Shown here: positions 25,772-38,002 of the stretch, piece by piece
Numbering within the stretch: position 1 is the stretch's first letter
Layout of the letters: each line of letters starts with the position of its first letter
Assembly: GCA_951406725.2 (NCBI GenBank)
Contig: OX597815.1
Span: forward strand, 194,432,001-194,496,000
Length of the DNA stretch: 64,000 bases
Direction of reading: 5' to 3'
Source of the DNA: Octopus vulgaris
Taxonomy: Eukaryota
Made by a program: the position numbers and the translations under genes
The notes under the pieces: model-generated
The model's input: only the letters and a program-made list of their open reading frames with translations
Database searches by the model: none
What the model was told of the DNA's origin: nothing

Positions 25772-26313
25772 ATGAGAGAGCAGTGCATGCCATCAAAGTG
25801 ACACTGGGGTAAAATATACGAAGCCTAGTATACCCATCATGGCTACCCGTCTGATAAGGGTACACTAGGCACATGCATCACAACCATATGTGCACGACAT
25901 GGTGATCTCATATCAAGATAAACAGCTCATGACCTTGCATGTAGGGCCCAGTTAGAATTTTCTTCCGGTCGAGTAACCCATCCCGCTCAAAAGGTCCCTG
26001 AATAAGGGTTGTTTAAGGATGTTGAATGAAACATCCATGTTTCCAGAGGCGAATTATTCAAACCCCAAAGAATCCCTCTCAACACATGGCTATGATGCTC
26101 CCCAACTACTTCTGCTCGTGATCCGCGATGCACACATCGTCAGCCACTAAATGACATGCTCAACTGGTTAAGGTCAAACAACTGACAAGCAAATCTGTGG
26201 TATTGAGCAGAATATTTGCTGTAGTCCATCTTTTATACAATGTACATGATAACACTTCAAATTAGTTAATATCAGGAGGTATGAGAGCCACTGTCTGGTA
26301 CTGCATCAGGGCA
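25770..26313. mobile_element. ~540-bp non-coding element inserted inside (ATT)n, possibly an R4/Dong-related non-autonomous element
   Basis: Flanked on both sides by (ATT)n; no coding similarity recognised. Confidence 0.45.
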
Positions 26314-27258
26314 TTATTATTATTATTATTCTTATAATTATTATTATTATTGGTAGTAGTATCAAAGATATACTAAAAAAGTAAGAAGCACTGGTTATTT
26401 CTCTCGAAGTCATTGGAAGATTCACCTCAGCCATAGTCTGTTCTATTTCGGGAGCACATTTTAAATTCACAAACCATAATATTCAAACGACATTTTCGAA
26501 CAATTGAGTTTGATTGATGGAATGTCATGGAATAATGATAGAAAAGAAAGTCTTTTCATATATTAGTCTGGAATTGTTGGAGGCCAAGTAGAATTTTTCA
26601 CTAATTTTATTTATTTACGTCTTTGTAAAAAAGCAAAAAAAGAACCAAAAAACAAAAGAAAAAAAAGAAAACCTTGCAAAAAAAAAACATAGCAAGTCTC
26701 TGCAAAGATTTTGGGAATATGTTTTAAATTTGCTTTTTAATTTTGTTTTACTTATTTGTCTAACAATTTTTTATTTTGAAGAATTATGAATATAGAATAT
26801 CTGAAAGTTTTTAAAATCAATTATCAAAATATTTTCACATTTTTTAAAAACTTTCGTTATGTAACTGGAGATCAGTTTTAATTTTAGATTCTGTAAGGCG
26901 AGAAGAATTCGGCTTAAATTATCGTCTTGGCTAAGACGTTAGTCAATCGACATCAACAACGCCACACCGTTACGGTTAACAGAAATTAAGTAAGTTGCTA
27001 TGTGATAAGATTAATTTCGCATTATGAACACTTGTGAAAAGGCGGCGAGCTGGCAGAGTCGTTACGGCGTCGGGGATAAATGCTCAGTAGCGTTTCGTTC
27101 CTCTTTATGTTTCGCGTTGAAGCTTCGTCGAGGTCAGCTTTACTATTTATCCTTTCGGGCGGTCTATAAAATGAGTACCAGTTGAATACTGGTGTCGCTG
27201 TAATCGACTTACCACACTTCCTCGAATTTTCTGGTCTCGTGTCGAAATTTGAGATAAT

Positions 27259-27715
27259 TACTCTTTACTCTCTTACTTGTTTCAGTCATGTGACTGTAGC
27301 CATGCTGGAGCACCGCCTTTAGTCGAGCAAATCGACCCCAGGACTTATTCTTCGGGAGCCTAGTACTTATTTTATCGATCTCTTTTGCCAAACCGCTAAG
27401 TTACGGGGATGTAAACAAACCAGCATTGGTTGTCAAGCGATGTGGGGGGGGGGGGGACAAACACAGACACACAAACACACACATATATACGACGGGTTTC
27501 TTTCAGTTTCCGTCTACCAAATCCACTCACAAGTCTTTGGTAGACGGTAATTGAAAGAAACCCGTCGTGTGTGTGTGTTTGTTTGTCTGTGTTTGTCCCC
27601 CCAACATCGCTTGACAACCGATGCTGGTGTGATTACATCCCCGTAACTTGGCGGTTCGGCAAAACAGTCCGATAGAATAAGTACTAGGCTTACAAAGAAT
27701 AAGTCCTGGGGTCGA
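27259..27715. mobile_element. Two family-1 SINE pieces fused head-to-head (foldback)
   Basis: 27259-27524 minus and 27536-27715 plus, joined at TTTGGT. Confidence 0.88.
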
Positions 27716-27732
27716 TAAGAAGCGACGAGCAA

Positions 27733-28140
27733 ATTTCATAGTTGTGCATTTTCTGACTTTCATTCAAATCGTGTGGTACCCATTTGATTCGAGCTTTTTT
27801 TATTTTTCCGATCGCTTGTAAATGGTTGCAGGCAGTTTTCTGGCTAACTCGAAGTTCTTTTGCCTGTTCTTGAGTGGCTTAACGTGGATCTTTCTCAATG
27901 AGGGCCTTCAATTGATCATTGTCAACGACAGATGGGCGTCCACTACGCTCACGATCTTCAAGGCCCAGGTCTCCTCTGCGAAACTGTTTAAACCATTTTC
28001 TTGCTTACCACTCACTGGTCATTTACTCACCAAACGTTTCATTGATATCGCGAAGTAGTTTCAGCTGCTTTACATCCTTTTTTGAAGTTGAATAGCAAAG
28101 TTGCTCGAATATCGCGCTCTAACACTTCCATTTGTAACAA
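27733..28140 (-). mobile_element. Mariner N-terminal transposase fragment
   Basis: Minus-strand RDIRATLLFNF...KWFKQFRRGDLGLEDRERSGRPSVVDNDQLKALIEKDP...VPHDL. Confidence 0.85.
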
Positions 28141-29392
28141 TGAAAAATAATAATGTTAATCTGCTGATGCATTTAGGCACAGCTATGTCTATATTATCAG
28201 GCAATTGCAAAACATTTTCTAAAACAATTCAAAACTCTGCAAAACTCCGGTACAAATTCTTCATAGTTCAAAACGTTGTTTACTCTTTACTCAATCTGAT
28301 ACATAAAACCAGTTTGAGGCTAAGTTACCAGGAGGACACCTTGCAGAATTTACATTGGATTTCTGCCATCGGTGTTCAAATCCCGTTGAATTCTATATTG
28401 CCGTTCATTATTCTGGGGTCGATAACTAAATAATTGCTTTGTAACTAGATTGAATCTTCTCCCCCCTCTCTCTCTCCTTCTCTCTTTCCCTCTCTCTCAT
28501 TCCAACTGTCTGTCTGTTCGTCTGTCCGTCTGCTAGTGTTTCTGTTCGTCTGCCTGTCTATCTCTCTGTCTCATCATTTCTCACAGAACCAGATGTGTTA
28601 CTTCATGAGAAGGGCTGTGGAAAATCACTCAACAGCTTCCTTTCCCTCAGAAATATATAAAAGTTGAAGTCAGAGCCTAGCATTTGCTTGGCATAGAAAA
28701 AGACTACTGGAACTATCCCAAAACAGCTTGTTGTATATTACAACAAGAAAGGGAAATAAAGGAGAGACGCTATAAATACAATAGGATTGCCACGGCTGGA
28801 GGACCTTAGATTAACGACAACACCAACAACTCCGTTGTCGGAGTAGAACTGATAGCCAAAACGTTGTGAATGCGATGAATATCTTAACGCTATTTAAATC
28901 ACTTACTCCTGTTTTAAGTCTAAATTTCTCTGGTTTAAAGAACTAAAATTTGTGGCAATAAACTTTAGATCAATCAAATCGATTATACAACTCTCCGACA
29001 AAGACTGGCCTTGTATGTTGTCAAAATAAATCGAATAATCGAACATTATTACGTTATAGGTCATTTACATTCTTGGTATATTTAATCGTATTTCAATGAA
29101 AATGCAAAATCAAGAAGAATCGCACGAAAAGTCATATAAAATGCTTTGAAAATTCTTTAGAACAGAAAGCTGACATCATGAAACGAGATTTTCAAAGGGA
29201 ATTTTCTTTTTCTGTTTGTTCTATTTACTACGAAACATACACAAAACTCTATCTGGAAGAAAGATTAAAGCTAGCTTTTCAATATGAAACTATAGCGTGT
29301 AAAAAGAAAAAAAATCTTTACATAATACATACACGCACTCCATCATTCATATATTCATATATATATATAAATATACACTGCACAGCGGTACT

Positions 29393-29445
<53 letters not shown>

Positions 29446-29449
<4 letters not shown>

Positions 29450-29710
29450 TACCGTTGTGCCGTGTATAAAAAATGGATTTACAACTTCAATATCCATACA
29501 TATATTGCATTTATTTTCTTTCCTCTGCCTCACTCTCTATTTTGTATCACATCTAAACTACCCATGACTTAATTTTTCCTCTCACACCGTCTCCGATGAA
29601 GGGATATAATTAATAAATATCCTAGAAACAGCTGGAAGACCTTCTATCTATAAATGCTCTAATATCTACACAGCCTTGGTTTTTTTATCTTATTACGCAA
29701 AAAAATCTTA
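29446..29710 (+). mobile_element. Penelope-like element D with hammerhead variant at 29589-29640
   Basis: gucu-CCGAUGA-agGGAUAU...AUAUCCua-GAAAC-AGCU-GGA-agac (cleavage triplet mutated); adjacent to (TA)n. Confidence 0.65.
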
Positions 29711-30914
29711 TATATGTATATATACACATGTATATGTATCCCAACATATATATGCTTATATAAATTTACCTTTCAACATAGCCTCCACAGAGAGAGAGAG
29801 AGAGAGGGAGGGAGGGGGAGAGAGAGAGAGAATTTTAAAGTAAGGTGTGGTCAGTTGACATATTTCCTAAAAGCGGTTACTGTTAAACATAAGGTTGTAT
29901 TGATAAATTTAGCACTTCAACTATTTCACAGATATAAAAGTGTACAAAAAAAAAAAAAAAAAATCAGCAAAGACGTTCGGTAGTAGCTTAGTGGAATTTT
30001 TAAAAACGTAATTTTTAAGTGTTCTAATTTTCCTGAAAGAGAGTTAAGTTGGATTACGCTATGGGGCATGTTTGAATGAACTAGTAATAATTACAAGACA
30101 ATTCAAGAATTATGTTGGCATCATTTCAATTATCAATTCCAATGATGTATTTCATGAGATAACTTTAACTAAGTGCGATTATTACTTTGTCTTATCGCCT
30201 ATAAATAACGCTTGTTGGTCGACATCACGTATTAGCATTTTCTTTAACTTGTAAGCGAAGAGAACAACAGGAAACGGAAATTTTCGCTGATAATGTCTCA
30301 CTTACCCGCCCTTGTACTGGACAGAATATCTACATGTTCATATGTGCATATTTCAGCATTATCTCATATTGCGAATCTGGTGTGCTCAAATCTCTGTACT
30401 GGGAATATTTCCAAGTTTGGTTTGTTGCCCCATCATCTTCGTTCTTTTCCCCAACCTATGTATCATAACTGTGCATTTTTGTATTTGCTGTAAATGCACA
30501 AGAATATAATTCGCCATCCTTACATTAGAAGTGCTTCCCTATTCCTGGCCTCAAAATGATGCAATAAAACTTTGCTATTTGCCTGTATTTTCATTCGTAC
30601 CTATGACTGAGGTATATTCGAGCAAAGTTCACTCAAATATTTAAATGCTGTGCTTGTACAACACGGAAATACAAAGACATACAAATGAGAAAAAAATATT
30701 TAAAAAATAGATTAATGGAAATTTAAAAAATATTAAAATAAAGAAACCACTTATTCACTCCATCCTAAACCACAGACTTGTCTCAACCTTTAGGAAAAAT
30801 AAACGAACATTGTAAGATAATAATTTCGTAAAATGATAAGCTTGAACATTTACATGTCTCGTGTCCATTACTTTTCCATTTGAAAGGAAATCAGTAGCAT
30901 ATATCTCATTTGTT

Positions 30915-31145
30915 GGCGGCGAGCTGGCAGAAACGTTAGCGCGCCGGGCGAAATGCGTAGCCGTATTTCATCTGTCATTACGTTCCGAGTTCAAATTCCG
31001 CCGAGGTCGACTTTGCCTTTCATCCTTTCGGGGTCGATAAATTAAGTACCAGTTACGCACTGGAGTCGATGTAATCGACTTAATCCCTTTGTATGTTCTT
31101 GTTTGTCCCCTCTGTGTTTAGCTCCTTGTGGGTAGTAAAGAAATA
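30915..31145 (+). mobile_element. SINE family 2 monomer, TSD ATATATCTCATTTGT
   Basis: TSD on both sides. Confidence 0.92.
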
Positions 31146-33277
31146 TATATATCTCATTTGTATCTTTGCATTTCTGCGCTGTTCTTTGTCAATGGAATGC
31201 AAAAAATAGTATAAAGGTATGGGTATTAAGCAAAGATGATCTAGCTGTGCTTTGGACACCACTCACTCGAAGTCGTGCTTGTACACAGCTGTTCTTGGGT
31301 CATATTAATGCAATGATGTTTATAACATACGTAACTTTCAGAAATTACCAGTTGATAAAGACGCGCCGAAACAATTGTAGTGATTTGCAATAAAGCTTGT
31401 CCATTCCATCTTCTCGTATTAAAAATCTTTACACACACACACGCACACACACACAGACAAACAGACAGACACATTCACACACACACAAACGATGGGCTTC
31501 CGTCCACCATATTCACTCACAGGTCATTGGTTTTCTCGGAGCTGAAGAGACTTACTCAAATTGCAGCGCAGTGAGACTGAATCCGAAACCTCATTGTTGG
31601 GAAGCGAACGTTTTAAGCAGACGACCTTGCCTGCGTAAATTTGAGAAATAAAATAAAAACATAAAGAAAAGTAGAATTAAACAAACAAAAATGGAATAAA
31701 GCTGTTGAAATTCGATATTAGAAAGAGAAAAATATCGAACAAAAATAACGATGATTGTGTAAACATAATAAAAAAGAAACAGAGTGAATGCATGTGTGTG
31801 TGTAGAGAGAGAGAAAATGAGAGAGAGAGAAAGGAAGAGAAGTAAGAAAGTAGAAAGAGAGAGAGAGGAAGAGAGAAAGAGAGGGAGAGAGGGAGAAAGA
31901 GAAGTGGTTGTCAGTGGCTTTTGAGAATTTGTTACCCATTTAGAAAGATGAGTTGTGATGTCAGCTAAAAATAACAAGCAAATCTTGACTGAACTTTCCG
32001 CCTAGGGATAAAACGACAACAGAATGCACTGAACTTAACAAGACAGAAGCACTGCGAAAACTTGACCGATTTAAAGCAACATCGCCATATAAATACAAAG
32101 CTCCAAATCCCCAGACACACAAACCACAACAAGCCAAATATGAACCGAATGTTAGCATGTTCAAATAAACATTTTTCTACCTAATTTTATGTTGTGGTTG
32201 TTTGCATTGAACACAAACGCTCTATAGTCTTTACTTTAAAATTATTTCCCTGCAATATTTCGTTTTAACCAATGTCTCTCATTCGCTTTTTTAAAAATCT
32301 GCTTCTCTTTTTCTCTTTTTGTTTTACTGCTTTTTCTTCCTACAGTTTTAAATTTCTCCTCCCCTTCGTTTATTATTTCATTTTAATTATCTCTCTCTCT
32401 CTGTCCCAGTCTCTATCTCTTTCTCTCTCTCACTCTCTCTATTACCCCAATAATCGTAATAAGAACTTTCTACTTTAATTTCTAACTCTTATTCTCTTTC
32501 TCTCTCCCATTTTCATTTCTCTCTCCCATTCCTGTCTTATTTCCTTCTCTTCTCTCCGCTTCCTCTTTTCTTCCCCACTCTCCTCATCTCTATTCATGTG
32601 ACATTCAAACGAGATGTCTCAACCTTTATTCCCCTCTTTTCTTTTGAATATTCACTCTTCCCCTCTATAACGTTTTCTATTGTTTTCCTGTTTTATTTCG
32701 GTATTTTCCGCCCATTCTCTTTGATCTCCATCTCTCTGATTACTTCTTTTGTCTTTTACTCACGCATTATTCTATCAATTCTCTACTTCTTTCATTATCA
32801 CTTACTCCATTCTAAATACCCTGCAGCGCTTACGATACTTTAAGTTCTGAATTAAAATCCCACCTCTTTATCAATAAAACAAATATCAGACAAGAATTGG
32901 AGACGAAGAGAAATGCTTGGCTTAGTGTTTAGAGTATTAGATTTTTGATTACTAGGCTATAGGTACCATTCTCGGACCGGGCGGTGTGTTGTGTCCCAGG
33001 GAAAAGCACTTCATTACAGCTTGGTTCTCTTCAACTAAGAATAAATACCGGCGGCAGCAGAGGTTTAACACTGAGGTTTAGTTAGTTACCTTAAACGCTT
33101 CCGAAATCTGGACGAACCTTGGTTTCATGAACCTGTAGGTTCTAGGCAGATTATACAAGGACTGGGGTCGAAATGATCAGATTTAAGCAGACGGCCTTGC
33201 CTGCGTAAATTTGACAAATAAAAAAAAGTAGAATGAAACAAGCAAAAATGGAATAAAGCTGCTGAAATTCGATATTA

Positions 33278-33539
33278 ATAAATAAAATAAATGCGCCCTT
33301 TTAAAGCCTAGCTAGGCTCATGGGCCCGGTTTCCCGGTTTCAATGGCGTATGTGTTCCCCAGCTGGACGGGACGCCAGTCCATTGCAGCGTTACTCATTT
33401 TTGCCAGCTGTGTGGACTGGAGCAACGTGGAATGAAGTGTTTTGCTCAAGAACACAACGCGTCGCCCGGTCCAGGAATCGATAGCACAATTTTGCGATCA
33501 TGATGCTGACACCCTAACCACTAAGCTACGCACCTCCAC
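33278..33539 (-). mobile_element. CORE-like tRNA SINE (possibly OR2-type), TSD GAAATTCGATATTA
   Basis: Central TGTGTTCTTGAGCAAAACACTT...TTGCTCCAGTCCAC...AAAATGAGTA; TSD at 33264-33277 and 33540-33553. Confidence 0.85.
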
Positions 33540-34596
33540 GAAATTCGATATTAGAAAGAGAAAAATTTCTGCGTTACCGCCCCGGACAAAATGTTTGGCT
33601 GCATTTCGTACGTCTACGTTCTGAGTTCAAATTCTGCTTAGATTGACTTTACCTTTCCTTTTTTCGGGGTCGATAAAATAAATACCAGTAGAATTCTGTC
33701 TGGGGTCGATGTAATCGACCTATCTCCTCCCCTGAAATTGCTGGCTTTGTGCCAAAATTTTAAATCATTATTTATCTATGACAGAAATTTTAATACTCAC
33801 TTCTTGTATGTGAGTGTGTGTGTGTGTGTGTGTGTGCGCGTTTGTTTGATGTGTGCGTGTGTGTATGCATGTGTAGTTGGTTATGTTTAACCCGAGGTTA
33901 ACCTTGATCGAACAAACCTGTCACTCAAAGGCATTGCAACCTTCATATTCGAACAATTTGAACTGTTGCCTCGAGGTCTACTTCCATTTAAATGGATTCC
34001 TCTGATAATTAGGCCCTATAACTATATTTTCGATTTCAATATTGAACGGAGAAATACAAGCATATTCCCAAGTCCTCAAAACTCACCTTAAAAAACCTCC
34101 TTTAATTTTTCGATTTTGCATAGATATGTGTTGGTCTTTATCGCAATTATTTTCACCAATTTCCTGTAACTGCAGTAGCAAGTTAAAATAAACGAAGAAA
34201 GAAAAATTCTGCCACAAATAAGATTTATATTAGTCAAACATTGCTACCAATCCTCAATTAAGGGTTTGAGGTTGAATTTTGCTAATGACTTTCGTTTGTA
34301 ATTATTTTTGCATTTCAATTAAATTTAGAATATGATTTAGCCAAATGAAACAGGTGACTTTTACACTGACGCAGTTCATTAGCTAATGATGGATTCACTT
34401 GACTAAGGAATTTATTGTTGAATCAAAATGTTGAACCAATCTGTGTAATCTATCTTCTCGGGATAATTTCCTTACAAGAAATGAAAATGAAGCTGCCAGA
34501 AGCTTTCTTGAATGGTATGAGTAGGGAACCGAGAAGGGTTTGCCTTTCTCTTGTCTCTGGACTTGTTATATACTTTTACCTTTTAATTTCTTTTTT

Positions 34597-34820
34597 TAAA
34601 CTTGTTTCAGTTATTGGATTGCGGCCATGCTGTGGCACCGACTTGAAGAATTTTGGTGGAACGAATCGACCTCAGTGTTTATGTTTTTTAAGCCTGGTAC
34701 TTATTTTATCGGTTACTTACTTATTCCGAACTGCTAAGTTACGCTGGTGTAAATACACCAATACCAGCCGACAAGCGGTGGTGGGTGACAAATACAAATA
34801 CAAACGCAAACACACACACG

Positions 34821-34856
<36 letters not shown>

Positions 34857-35026
34857 CATATATACGACGGTTTTCTTTCAGTTTCCGTCTACCAAATTCA
34901 CTCCTAAGGCTTTGGTCCGCCTGAGGCAATAGTAGCAGACACTTGCCCAAGGTACTATGCGGTGGGAATGAACACGGAACCACATGGTAGGGAACTAAAC
35001 ACCTTACCTCACAGCCACGCCTGCGC
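34597..35026 (-). mobile_element. Diverged SINE family 1
   Basis: Same architecture as the other family-1 copies. Confidence 0.8.
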
Positions 35027-35859
35027 CTAACGTCAAATAAAGTGAAGATGCTCATTCAGTTTTTCTTTACCACAGGTATTTTGTCCCCGTGTAAAATACT
35101 ATGCTCACTGCATACATTAAGAACTTTATCCTTTAAAGAAGTTGAAAAGCTCTGAACTTCCGAAACGTTCTGAAACTTATCTATTGAGGCTGATGCGCCT
35201 TTAGAACCAACTGTCATATTGTTATTGAAATAGTAAGTTTTCTCAACTATTTCCCTTGACAAGAAAATTGTTTTCTACTTCGAGTCTGACTTAAGATAAT
35301 TAGCATGAAGAAACACAACGATATCTTTCCTGTAAGAAACTGCAATAAGAAATTAAAAGGAGAATGAAATATACGAGTGGGAGAAAAGAAATAAGATAAA
35401 AATAGAGAAAATTTGGAAGAAAATATGATTACAAAGTAACGTTTGGTAAAAGAAATTTTAGATCCATGAGGGAACAGAATTGGCCAGTGAGGTACTTGAA
35501 TAAAATTATCTGAGTTACCTTAAGAAATAAGAAACAACAGATGCCGCTGCGTTAATTCGGGCGCACCTATATGAAGATACTATGTATATATGTGCAATCC
35601 CCAAAACATTTCTAAGGACTCATTTATAAAATCGCTTAAATAGAGGAACAGGTTTCTTTAAAGATAAGAAAAAATATATACAACTAACTATACCTATCAA
35701 CACGTCAACAACTCATATACAACTCCGAATACTTCAGTCCAGGGGTGAACACATACGAAAAAACAAGTAACATTCAGATCCGACAATTTGAATTCTGCTA
35801 TTTTTACGAGTTCTAACACTTCATCTGAACTGGTTTCCACAGGTATCATATTCACACAC

Positions 35860-35901
<42 letters not shown>

Positions 35902-36021
35902 CAGAAGTAAATAGACATCCAATAAAACATCGTTTTATGTTTATTTTCAACTTGAAAAGGTATATACTCTTTTATTAATTGCCTTTTTTATGGTTCAGTT
36001 TCTATATGTGACTGTTTCATC

Positions 36022-36610
36022 ATGTCACGTACAAAAGAAGCCGTAGAACTGTTCGAATTTCAAAGAGGTTGTATTATCAGTCAAACTGATGGTGGACTTC
36101 GCCAGCGTAAAATCGCAGAAAACCTTGGGATCTCGCTTTCTACAGTTAATAGAATGATTGTGCAATTCACCTCCCCCAGGTCTACCAGGACCTTCTGACA
36201 GGACCCTTCGCTTTGTTAAGTGTGTAGGGTAATCCTCGTTGCAAGGCCCTTCACATAGCAGAAAAAAGTTGATGTCAGTCGCAGAACAGCTGTCAGGTGT
36301 CTCCACAAACTTGGCTATTATGGCAGAGTAGCAAGAAAGAAGTGACTTCTTCGACAAGCCAATGCCAAACGGAGAAGAGATTGGACCAGTGAAATGGTGG
36401 AGAGGCCACTAGCATTTTGGGACACTGTCATATTCTATGATGAGTCCAGATTTGCTGTATTTTCTGACAGTGATCGAGAGTAGGTCTGGAGACCTACAGA
36501 CTGGAGATCTCTCAAGGGATAATGCTGGCGCCATTCGAAAGCTAAAACAATGCAAAGGGTATTGTGACTAGAGGAGCGTAACAGTCTTTGACGGTCTGGT
36601 CGATACCGTA
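36022..36610 (+). mobile_element. Decayed, internally deleted Tc1-like transposase
   Basis: [19 protein letters not shown]...[18 protein letters not shown] and WDTVIFYDESRF. Confidence 0.8.
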
Positions 36611-36959
36611 ATATGTGTGTGTATGTATGTATGTATGTATGTATGTATGTATGTATGTATGTATGTATGTATGTATGTACGTACGTACGTACGTAAAGTA
36701 TAGTAAATCAGTCAAGCGGTCTTGGTAAAAACAGTTGGTTGGCCTCTCTCTGCGTCTCCGTATATAAGACTTAACGTATTGTAGACTCATTCTACGATTC
36801 CTAAAAAAAAATAATGAAGCGTTTTGCTCCAAATAATAATAATAATAAAAAACATTATATATTCACAGAACATATTGAGCTCTTTTTTTTTCTCGCATCT
36901 GTAACAGCTAACTTGGTTTTATACGCACGCACATCCATCCATCCATCCATCCATCCATC

Positions 36960-37027
<68 letters not shown>

Positions 37028-37597
37028 CACTTATATACACATGCGCTTATATCCATATACAACCATATTGGGCTAGTTGTGCAAATGATTGTTAACAAAT
37101 TCAATATATTTGGTGTTGTGTTGAAATGGTAACTTGCCAGGATTAAATCACTGGCCATGTTAGGCTTTATACGTATTCGCTTTGATTTTTCAAATGCCAC
37201 CGTCATCTACTTAAGCTATTTAGCCATTTGCAAAATGAATAAAATGAATCTATCACGTACTGCACTCTTTGCAATAGGCTGAAGCTTGCTAATATAAGTT
37301 TGTGGCTTTATACCAAAACCAGATGTTGATATTTACAGATAAAATGTTGAGCTCCATACAACAATTGGTAAGTCCTTTATGATTAGGGTCTCTGACGCAA
37401 TCTCTTTTTCAGTTTGGAAGCGGTTTCTTTAATACTATAGTTCAATATCTATGCAACGTGAATTATATCATTGCCATTCTATCTAATATACAAAATATTT
37501 CTACCTCGTCAAAAATAATAGTAATTTTTACTGAATCTTAATTCAAATATGAATACAGATTTAGTATAAATACATATTTACCAAATAAACGAAGCAA

Positions 37598-38002
37598 GAG
37601 TGGCTGTGTGGTAAGTAGCTTGTTTACCAACCACGTGGTTCCGGGTTCAGTACCACTGCGTGTAACTTGGGCAAGTGTCTTCTACTATAGCCTCGGGCCA
37701 ACCAAAGCCTTGTGAGTGGATTTGGTAGACGGAAACTGAAAGAAGCCCGTCGTATATATGTATATATATATGCGTGTGTGTGTTTGTGTGTCTGTGTTTG
37801 TCCCCCTAGCATTGCTTGACAACCGATGCTGGTGTGTTTATGTCCCTGTCACTTAGCGGTTCGGCAAAAGAGACCGATAGAATAAGTACTGGGCTTACAA
37901 AAAAGAATAAGTCCCGGGGTCGAGTTGCTCGATTAAAGGCGGTGCTCCAGCATGGCCGCAGTCAAATGACTGAAACAAGTAAAAGAGTAAGAGTAAAAGA
38001 GT
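37598..38002 (+). mobile_element. SINE family 1
   Basis: Matches family consensus. Confidence 0.9.

Noticed and set aside
35056-35262. 68-aa minus-strand ORF
   Set aside because: No splice support on that strand; the splice signals face the plus strand
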